The notes under the pieces were generated by a model. It saw only the letters and a list, made by a program, of their open reading frames with translations. It did no database searches and had not been told where the DNA came from. Positions 1 through 6,664 of a stretch of DNA of 10,779 nucleotides are shown here, one piece after another; the first letter of the stretch is position 1; each line of letters begins with the position of its first letter. Where the stretch lies: the NCBI GenBank assembly GCA_050125095.1, contig JASFEA010000107.1, forward strand, positions 1-10,779, in the 5' to 3' direction. A program made the position numbers and the translations under genes. Source of the stretch: a bacterium (GTDB lineage Bacteria; Arandabacterota; Arandabacteria; Arandabacterales; JALGWA01).

Positions 1-2
1 TG

Positions 3-150
3 ACGGTCGAAGGCGGCACCGGCCCTTATGAGATCCTCATAGTAGAGGACGGCACCTACAGCCTTGAGGCCGTGGCCACGGGTTACGCCAGGTTCGACTC
101 GCTGATAACCGTGGCAGGCGGCGATACCGTTGAAGCCGACATCGTATTGA
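3..150 (+). other. C-terminal part of a carboxypeptidase-regulatory-like/PEGA-type beta-sandwich domain
   Basis: GPYEILIVEDGTYSLEAVATGYARFDSLITVAGGDTVEADIVL fits the G-x-Y..G-x-Y-x-L-x-A-x-x-x-G-Y..V-x-x-G..D-I-x-L pattern of CarboxypepD_reg-like domains. Confidence 0.6.
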
Positions 151-3100
151 CATATACCACGGCCACGAAATACGTATTCGTCGACACATCGGGTGCACGC
201 ATCTTCTCGGAGAGCGTTACCATAAGCATGCCCGACAGCGGCCTCTTCACCTACCAGGACCTCCTCTTCGAGCCCAGGGACGACGACGATATACCCGCCA
301 TCGCCGACACGGCCGCGTACGACAGCATCATCGTGCGCGCCACGCTTCTCGACCCCTCGGTTCCGGTGAGGGGCAACGTGGTATTCGCGGCGGACGACAG
401 CGGCGGGACCGTCATAGACAGCATGATTACAAAAGACATGTTCGAGGGGGGGTACGGGAGGTTCTGGGTGCGCGACGACAGCCTGGAAGTCCTCCGGGTG
501 GAGGTGAGCAAAGGAGATGTCTCGGGATTCGTCGAGCTCCGCGTCAAGGAGCTCGAGCCTTACAGCATCAAGCTAATGCCCGACACGACCACCATTACCG
601 TAGGCGGAGCCGAGAGGATTGAGCTGGGCGTGCAGCTCCTGGATGACGTCGGCAATCCGATTCCAGTCTCTGACGTGGCCATAAGACTGAGGGCCCTGGA
701 AGGGGAGCCGATATTCGCCCCCAGCCTGGGCTATACAGACGGCAACGGCTATTTCATGGCATATGTCTTCGGGTTGAGGGCCGGTGATGTAGTCATAATC
801 GCTGAGACCGCCTCGGAGGACCATCCGGGCCTGATACCTGACACGACGCAGGTTGAGTTCCTTCCCAGGGCGGCGTCGGAGGTGTCGACGGACCTCGAGC
901 CGACGGCCATTGACCTCGGCGAAGAGGGAGAGGTCATATTCCAGGTCACCGACGAGTTCGGAAACGCGGTCGACGCTCCCGGCGTCACCATAGACCTTGA
1001 CACCTATCCGGGGGGCGTTCTCGACTCGCTGGAGACGCCGGTCGTGACTGATGCCGACGGCAAAGCCACCGCCTATCTCAGGGCGGGAGACTCATATGGA
1101 TTCGTGACCATATCCGGGGAGGTGGGCGGAGGGCTCGATTATCCGGTCGAATCGGTGACGCTCATAATTGCGCCCGCGACGCTGGTCTCGGTGGACGAAA
1201 CTGCGCCCGAGACCGACCCCGATCACAACAGCAACATAGATGCCGACATGACCAACATGTACGCATGGGTTGCGGACGACACGCTCAGCGTGACCCTGGA
1301 CTTCCAGACCTCCTGGTCGGACATGCATCTCATGGTCCTGGTCGAGAAGCACCATACCAAGGACGGGGGCGAGAGCGACCCGTTCCAGTTCCAGGTCTTC
1401 TACGGCCACCAGCTCAAACCCGATTTCGTATTCACGGCCAAGTACAGCGCCCGCGACTACGCCGACTTGAGGCAATGGGATGGCGGCGCGCGTGCCTGGG
1501 AGTTCTGGCAGCTCGAGAACGGCAACTGGACTTCGGACGAGAACGATCCCGGCAAGAACGCCATCGGCATGATTGACTTCGGAAGCTCCCGGGTGGTGTT
1601 CAAGTTCCCGCTGGCCGCCATCGGCGCGGTCTCTGTGGGCGATACATTGAGGCTGCAGTCATATGTCACGCAGGAGCCCTTCGGCACCAAGTACAACGCC
1701 CTGGACTCCAATCCCCATGACGCAACCAACGACATGGTGCCCAATGACGGGAGCGGCGAGTGGTGGAAGACGGCGGAGGACCGTGTATACCTGTCAAACT
1801 GGGCCGAGTTCATTGTCCCGGACCTCGGCGACATCGGGAATCCGCCCGGCCTCTCGAACGCCACGATAGATCCCGACAGCACGTACACGGGTGAGACGGT
1901 GACCTTCTCGGTCGACGTAAGGGACTCGGGCGGCGGAATCGGGGACGTGTTCGCCGACCTTTCCGCAATAGGCGGGGAAGAGGTGACCTGGCTCTTCGAC
2001 GACGGAACCAATGGTGACGCGCTCGCGGGCAACGGCACGTATACGACCATGTTCGAAGTCCCGACAAGCGCCGCGCAGGGCATTCATAACATCCACTTCT
2101 TCGCGCGCGACAGCCTGAATATCGCGGCCTCGATGGTGACCGCGCAAATCAAGCTCGTGGCGGAGATAGAGCCCTTCATTGCGGTCGAGGACTCGCTCGG
2201 CGACGACGCCGGCCCAAACCAGACCGACGACGCCGGAAGGCCCATAGACGGGCTCTATTATCTGTATCCAACCAACGGCGTCTTCACCCGGGGCGTGTAC
2301 GACCCCGAACTCGACACCAGAGTCGGCGGCAACTTCGACATAGAGTGGGTCGAGTTCTACATAGACGGTTCGTGGCTGCGAGTCCTGGTGAAGCTGGGGG
2401 AGATCCCCACTTCAAGGTACGTGGGCTGGAACGCGCCCAACCCCGGCGCCAGCTGCACCAACCCCAACAAGGCCGACTTCAACCTTCAGAAGATAGACAT
2501 GTATATCGATTCCGAGGAAAACGTCGGCTCGACCGCCGGCCTCACCAACCGCATGCACGATATCTCCAGGAGCGACGCCTGGGAGTACGCAGTGGCCGTC
2601 GAGGGCTGGTGGAAGGGTCTCATCAAGTCCAACGGTGAGAACGCGACAGCCGCATGGAGCATCAGCAAGCTCGCCCAGGACATGACGTTCTGCACCGACT
2701 ACGTAGAAGAGACGGTGGAGATCAAGATCTCGCTCGAGACGCTCGGGCTCATCGAGGAAGACGAGGAGATGACCGAGGAGGTCATCGACAGGGTCAAGCG
2801 CGAGGTGCTGCAGTGGGACTTCATCATCACATGCGCGGGCCATGACGGCGACAGCAATGACGAGAACCAGGGGCAGGTCCGCTGGGTGAACAAGGGCTCG
2901 GCCGAGTGGCAGTTCGGGGGCGGACGCGACAGCGAGGGCGGCAGGGACAGGGACCCCAATATCATCGATGTTGTAACGGTTCCCGGACTCGGCAAACAGC
3001 CGGGCCGGACCCAGGAGGAGATGCTCAACTACGAAGACCCGGTGGCCGTCAAGCGCTTCGATGAGGGGCTCATGGCCTGCGTTCTCGAGGCCACGTTCTC

Positions 3101-4280
3101 AGAAGACATCTCGCCCCCGACCATCACGCCTTTCAACCGCTACCTGTTCGGGCACGCTCCCTGGCGCGTCATGAAATACAGCCCCGCGGCCTTCTGGACA
3201 ATGATAGAGGACCAGAGCGACATCGAAGAGGTCATCTTCAGGTGGCGGCCGCTCGGCCAGACATACTGGAACGAAGCCGAGATGGGGAACATAGTCGGCA
3301 CCTACTGGGTCGCGGATATCGAGCCGGACACTCTTTTCGCCAACGTTCCGGCGGTCGAGCTCGTAGGCGGTTACGAGGGCCTTCCCTTTGAGGCCGAGAT
3401 CTACGCGCGGGACGAGTTCGGGAACGAGGGCAAGAGCGAGTTCATAACTTTCGGCGTCCTTCAGGAAGCGCTGGCGTCGCAGACCATAGAGAACGTTGAG
3501 CCCGAAGACGTGCTGATCACATACGACGGCACGTTCATCATACTTCCGGACACCACCGTGGCTGACGGCTATGACGCCTTCGACGTCACCGTGACTCCCA
3601 TGTCGGCCAGCCAGGACCCCATGGTGGACCTCGATAACCTTAAAGACGGCATGACTTACCTGGACGTCGGGAGGCAGATTGCGGTCACCGGCTACAGCCG
3701 CGCCGATACCGCGGATATTATGGAACTCGACAATCCGGTAGTCGTCGCGCTGCACTACCCGAGCTATCTTAAGAACAGGATCTCGGACGACTACATGATC
3801 GGTCTGTTCGGCTTCAACCGCGCAACCGATCGCTGGCTGAGCGTCCCCGGCACGCGCAACGAATGGGGTACGGCGGTTCGCGCCCGGATGAGCAGTATCG
3901 GCGACTTCGGCCTCTTCACCGACACGCGGCTGGGCTACGACACGGGCAAGGGGCTCTCGAGCGTGGCGGTGGAACCCAACCCGTTCTCCCCCAACGGCGA
4001 CGGCCTGTATGAGGAGACGCGTTTCACCTTCTTCGTCTCCAGGGAGACCGACTGGGTGACCATAGAGCTCTATGACGTCAGGGGCGACCTCGTGAGAACC
4101 ATATTCTGGCAGGCCCCGGGAATGGCATTCGGCAGGAATGAAATAGACATAACCTGGGACGGCAAGGACGACCAGGGGAACATAGTGCCGTACGGCATTT
4201 ATGTCGCGAGAGTGGAAGTGCGGTTTAAGGTCGCGCCCAACCTGGAGAGAATCAATATAGCGGTAGTGGTCTTAAAGTAG
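3..4280 (+). CDS. Large secreted multidomain protein, 5'-truncated (1425 aa in window): Ig-like repeats, DOMON-like glucodextranase/amylopullulanase-type domains and a C-terminal FlgD-Ig/T9SS-like sorting domain; probably an alpha-glucan-active surface protein
   Basis: The frame is open from nt 3 (TVEGGTGPYEILIVEDGTYSLEAVATGY...), so GTG 72 is internal and the true start lies upstream. Stop is TAG 4278-4280. Motifs: LLDDVGNP/TDGNG and VTDEFGNAV/TDADGKA (Big_1-like), LFDDGTNGDALAGNGTYT, DSLGDDAGP..YLYPTNGVF..FDI..WNAPN..FNLQKIDMYID (Glucodextran_C-like), PNPFSPNGDG..IELYDVRGDLVRT..WDGKDDQGNIVPYGIY..VVVLK. No catalytic GH domain recognised in the window. Confidence 0.85.
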   Translation, partial: TVEGGTGPYEILIVEDGTYSLEAVATGYARFDSLITVAGGDTVEADIVLTYTTATKYVFVDTSGARIFSESVTISMPDSGLFTYQDLLFEPRDDDDIPAIADTAAYDSIIVRATLLDPSVPVRGNVVFAADDSGGTVIDSMITKDMFEGGYGRFWVRDDSLEVLRVEVSKGDVSGFVELRVKELEPYSIKLMPDTTTITVGGAERIELGVQLLDDVGNPIPVSDVAIRLRALEGEPIFAPSLGYTDGNGYFMAYVFGLRAGDVVIIAETASEDHPGLIPDTTQVEFLPRAASEVSTDLEPTAIDLGEEGEVIFQVTDEFGNAVDAPGVTIDLDTYPGGVLDSLETPVVTDADGKATAYLRAGDSYGFVTISGEVGGGLDYPVESVTLIIAPATLVSVDETAPETDPDHNSNIDADMTNMYAWVADDTLSVTLDFQTSWSDMHLMVLVEKHHTKDGGESDPFQFQVFYGHQLKPDFVFTAKYSARDYADLRQWDGGARAWEFWQLENGNWTSDENDPGKNAIGMIDFGSSRVVFKFPLAAIGAVSVGDTLRLQSYVTQEPFGTKYNALDSNPHDATNDMVPNDGSGEWWKTAEDRVYLSNWAEFIVPDLGDIGNPPGLSNATIDPDSTYTGETVTFSVDVRDSGGGIGDVFADLSAIGGEEVTWLFDDGTNGDALAGNGTYTTMFEVPTSAAQGIHNIHFFARDSLNIAASMVTAQIKLVAEIEPFIAVEDSLGDDAGPNQTDDAGRPIDGLYYLYPTNGVFTRGVYDPELDTRVGGNFDIEWVEFYIDGSWLRVLVKLGEIPTSRYVGWNAPNPGASCTNPNKADFNLQKIDMYIDSEENVGSTAGLTNRMHDISRSDAWEYAVAVEGWWKGLIKSNGENATAAWSISKLAQDMTFCTDYVEETVEIKISLETLGLIEEDEEMTEEVIDRVKREVLQWDFIITCAGHDGDSNDENQGQVRWVNKGSAEWQFGGGRDSEGGRDRDPNIIDVVTVPGLGKQPGRTQEEMLNYEDPVAVKRFDEGLMACVLEATFSEDISPPTITPFNRYLFGHAPWRVMKYSPAAFWTMIEDQSDIEEVIFRWRPLGQTYWNEAEMGNIVGTYWVADIEPDTLFANVPAVELVGGYEGLPFEAEIYARDEFGNEGKSEFITFGVLQEALASQTIENVEPEDVLITYDGTFIILPDTTVADGYDAFDVTVTPMSASQDPMVDLDNLKDGMTYLDVGRQIAVTGYSRADTADIMELDNPVVVALHYPSYLKNRISDDYMIGLFGFNRATDRWLSVPGTRNEWGTAVRARMSSIGDFGLFTDTRLGYDTGKGLSSVAVEPNPFSPNGDGLYEETRFTFFVSRETDWVTIELYDVRGDLVRTIFWQAPGMAFGRNEIDITWDGKDDQGNIVPYGIYVARVEVRFKVAPNLERINIAVVVLK
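561..1170 (+). other. Two tandem bacterial Ig-like (Big_1/invasin-type) domains
   Basis: Two ~100-aa units share the pattern V-x-x-x-D-x-x-GN..TD-x-x-G..G-x-V-x-I: VQLLDDVGNPI..YTDGNG..AGDVVIIA and FQVTDEFGNAV..VTDADGKA..YGFVTISG. Confidence 0.7.
1200..1815 (+). other. Probable DOMON-like beta-sandwich domain (first, divergent copy)
   Basis: DMTNMYAWVADDTLSVTLDF..SDPF..PDFVF..RQWDG..VVFKFPLAAIG..ALDSNPHD resembles the DOMON-like carbohydrate-binding pattern and is Trp-rich. Recognised by eye only. Confidence 0.45.
1842..2160 (+). other. Choice-of-anchor X-like Ig domain
   Basis: DVFADLSAIGG..LFDDGTNGDALAGNGTYT (1992-2045) matches the L-x-DDG-x-x-GD-x-x-A-x-D/N-G-x-Y signature. Confidence 0.6.
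2187..3090 (+). other. Glucodextranase C-terminal/DOMON-like domain (as in GH57 amylopullulanases and GH15 glucodextranase)
   Basis: Ordered motifs D-x-x-GDD-x-GP, Y-x-YPT-x-x-VF, FDI, WNAPN, F-x-LQ-x-IDMYID, AWEYAV-x-VEGW, EWQFGGG, PNIIDV and TQEEML-x-Y. Confidence 0.8.
3966..4277 (+). other. C-terminal FlgD-Ig/T9SS-type sorting domain
   Basis: PNPFSPNGDG, TIELYDVRGDLVRT, ITWDGKDDQGNIVPYGIYVARVEV and terminal AVVVLK. Confidence 0.8.
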
Positions 4281-4283
4281 GAG
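4279..4283 (+). promoter_or_regulatory. Shine-Dalgarno site (AGGAG) for the PorV-like gene
   Basis: AGGAG overlaps the upstream TAG. It lies 6 nt before GTG 4290 and 0 nt before ATG 4284, which favours the GTG start. Confidence 0.6.
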
Positions 4284-4289
4284 ATGATC

Positions 4290-5159
4290 GTGAGAAGAGC
4301 GATAGCGGCTGTGTTGCTGGTGCTTCTGCCGGCAGCCGCGCACGGCGGCTTCCTCGCCATAGAGGAGGGGGCGCGCGCCACGGCGATGGGCGGCGCGTTC
4401 ACGGCCGTCTCCGACGACGCCACCGCCGTGTTCTGGAACCCCGCGGGGCTCGGCCTCATGGATGGATTGAGCCTGACGGGCATGGGAACCCGGCTCTTCT
4501 CGGTGGACGGCCTTTCGGAAAGCGTCGTCTCGCTCACTTACGCGGACTGGAAGAAGACGGGCATAGGGGCGGGCTGGGCGCGCACGGGCGTGGAAGACGT
4601 CTACAATGAAAACACCTTCGTTGTGAGCGCCGGCCGCCAGGTTTTCCGCGACGGGCTCTCGGTGGGAGGTACGTTCCGCATATACCGTCTCGCCGCCCCG
4701 GGATACGAGTACTATAACGACCCCAACTTCTCCGACGGGGCGCAGGATTATGCCGTGGACCTGGGCGTGCTTTACAGGGCGCGCACCTGGTCGGCGGGCC
4801 TGACTCTCCGCAACCTCGGCCAGCCCGAGATGAGTCTCATAAGCACAACCGAGGAGAAGGACCCTGTATCCTCAGAGGTGCGCGTGGGCGGGTCTTACAT
4901 TTTCAGGGAAGTCATGTTGATATCGGGCGAGGTCAGGATACCCAATGAAGTGCCAGGCTATTACACGCGCAGCGTCAGGTACGCCCTGGGCACCGAAATA
5001 TGGTTCGTCGGCGTCTTCGCCCTGCGTGCGGGAATCAACGACGGCAAGGCGACCGCCGGGCTCGGGCTCAAGATAAACTGGCTGACCATCGACGCGTCGC
5101 TGCTTTCGGTAAGGCGCCCGGGGACCAAGTACAGGCTGTCGCTGTCACTCGACTTCTGA
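4290..5159 (+). CDS. PorV/PorQ/UPF0164-like (FadL-superfamily) outer-membrane beta-barrel protein
   Basis: Signal peptide MRRAIAAVLLVLLPAAAHG, family N-terminal motif GARATAMGGAFTAVSDDATAVFWNPAGL, then AVDLGVLY, LRNLG, ALRAG, and a terminal beta-signal YRLSLSLDF. Alternative start is ATG 4284. Confidence 0.85.
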   Translation: MRRAIAAVLLVLLPAAAHGGFLAIEEGARATAMGGAFTAVSDDATAVFWNPAGLGLMDGLSLTGMGTRLFSVDGLSESVVSLTYADWKKTGIGAGWARTGVEDVYNENTFVVSAGRQVFRDGLSVGGTFRIYRLAAPGYEYYNDPNFSDGAQDYAVDLGVLYRARTWSAGLTLRNLGQPEMSLISTTEEKDPVSSEVRVGGSYIFREVMLISGEVRIPNEVPGYYTRSVRYALGTEIWFVGVFALRAGINDGKATAGLGLKINWLTIDASLLSVRRPGTKYRLSLSLDF

Positions 5160-5168
5160 GGTGGAGGT
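5158..5168 (+). promoter_or_regulatory. Shine-Dalgarno site(s) (GAGGTG/GGAGGT)
   Basis: GAGGTGGAGGT lies directly upstream of GTG 5172. Confidence 0.6.
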
Positions 5169-5171
5169 TAA

Positions 5172-6650
5172 GTGCTGAGAAAAGGTTTGCTTATAGCCCT
5201 CCTGATTCTGGCCGGGTGGAATGCGGCCTGGGCGGTAAACCTCGACGGCTACACCCAGTTCATGTTTACTTTAAACGGCGAGAACAGGAACTGGTATTTC
5301 GAGAATCCCGAGTACTTCTTCGAGCTCAGGTTCAACGCCGCGCCCTTCCCGGGCACCGAGATGTACATCAAGTCGCTGGCGCTTTCCAACAAATGGGACG
5401 GCGCCGTATTCGAGAACTTCCTCTTTCTCAAGGAAGGCCACCTCAAGTACCGCGGCAGCCGCATCGAGACTTACCTTTTCACCGGCCAGGACAGGTTCTG
5501 GCTGAATGAGCCGCTGCTCTACATCGTGGACACCGGCATCGTCAAGGACGACGACTGGGGGCCCAAGGCACAGGGTATCAGGCTCGACCTCTGGGGCTGG
5601 TGGGGATTCACATTCGCAGGATTCTATTCCGACAAAAGCACGGTCTACCCGGCGGTTTACGAGGGGCAGCTCCCCTCGGGCAGCGAGCTTGCCGACGCGG
5701 ACCTTGTGAGCTCCGACGACTACACGGCGTTCAGGATAAGGCGCCCGTTTACAAAGGGCAGGCTCGTGCTGGGGGCCACCTACGCCAAGAAAGTCTACGG
5801 GAGTACCGATATCGACTACGACCAGATGGTCGCGTTTGACTGGGAACTGTCCTTCGCGGAGATCGTCCCCTTCATATCAGATTACGGTCGCGGCATCATC
5901 ATAGCCGAAGGCGGGCGCAACATATCCGGCTACCTGGGCCCCGGCGAGCACCCTTACGGGTGGAAGGCGGAGCTTCGCGACGTGGGTTTCGGCCCCTTGA
6001 ACTTTATAGGGTCGCTGTTCGACTATGACGACAACTTCTATACCTACGGGCTTGCCAGCGGCTGGAACATAGGTCTCAATGACTATCACGGGCATTACGT
6101 TCAGCTGGACTACCGGGTGCCTTACGAAGCCATAAACCTCAAGGCGTGGCGCCTCAGGGAAAAGCCGCACACGCTCACGGTGGAAAAGCAGCCGCGCGAG
6201 GAGTCCGGCGGCGAGGTTTACATTGAGTTCATCCACGGCTTCACGGGCAAGGTGCAGTACAAGAAGCACATCAATAAGGACGGCGTCTGGCCAAACTGGT
6301 TCTTCGAAGTCATCGGGGAGAACAAGCTGGTCAAACTGCGCACGCAGTACCGGATAAGGGACGCCGGAACGGCCTACCAGGTTCGCGCGTTCGCCTTCGA
6401 ACTCAACGCGAACATCACCGAAAAATGGAAAGTATACTCGCGGATCATTCTGGCGGATGAGAAGACCGAGGCCAGGGAGTCGGTGTGGGCGCAGGTGCAG
6501 TACCTGGGCTGGAACAGCGCCGACTTCTTCGTCGAATTCGGAGACGGCGGCCAGAACTTCTCGCTGGCCAATTCCGACGATTTCATAAATCACGGCAGCA
6601 GCGACGTCACAAGGCGCTGGTTCAAGCTGTTTTTGAAACTCTATTACTGA
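5172..6650 (+). CDS. Uncharacterised outer-membrane beta-barrel protein (492 aa), putative glycan porin
   Basis: Sec signal MLRKGLLIALLILAGWNAAWA, very aromatic-rich, many alternating amphipathic strands (GHYVQLDYR, GGEVYIEF, AFAFELNAN, VWAQVQY) and C-terminal FKLFLKLYY. No family recognised; the porin role is inferred from context. Confidence 0.75.
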   Translation: MLRKGLLIALLILAGWNAAWAVNLDGYTQFMFTLNGENRNWYFENPEYFFELRFNAAPFPGTEMYIKSLALSNKWDGAVFENFLFLKEGHLKYRGSRIETYLFTGQDRFWLNEPLLYIVDTGIVKDDDWGPKAQGIRLDLWGWWGFTFAGFYSDKSTVYPAVYEGQLPSGSELADADLVSSDDYTAFRIRRPFTKGRLVLGATYAKKVYGSTDIDYDQMVAFDWELSFAEIVPFISDYGRGIIIAEGGRNISGYLGPGEHPYGWKAELRDVGFGPLNFIGSLFDYDDNFYTYGLASGWNIGLNDYHGHYVQLDYRVPYEAINLKAWRLREKPHTLTVEKQPREESGGEVYIEFIHGFTGKVQYKKHINKDGVWPNWFFEVIGENKLVKLRTQYRIRDAGTAYQVRAFAFELNANITEKWKVYSRIILADEKTEARESVWAQVQYLGWNSADFFVEFGDGGQNFSLANSDDFINHGSSDVTRRWFKLFLKLYY

Positions 6651-6651
6651 T

Positions 6652-6656
6652 GGAGG
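6652..6656 (+). promoter_or_regulatory. Shine-Dalgarno site (GGAGG) for the CBM48-barrel gene
   Basis: GGAGG lies 8 nt upstream of ATG 6665. Confidence 0.65.
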
Positions 6657-6664
6657 CGAAGGAG

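Noticed and set aside
72-74. GTG 72 as the start of the large protein
   Set aside because: The frame is open to the window edge, a domain motif spans this position, and no signal peptide follows.
4278-4292. Possible TAG readthrough or recoding fusing in-frame neighbours (also at 8786-8801)
   Set aside because: Both upstream proteins end in proper terminal motifs (VVVLK, GVIAF), and both downstream genes have their own RBS and signal peptide. Shared frame is likely chance.
6485-6664. 5' extension of the 767-aa ORF call
   Set aside because: It overlaps the upstream gene by 166 nt and gives an Arg-rich off-frame peptide. The signal peptide and RBS point to ATG 6665 (or 6650).
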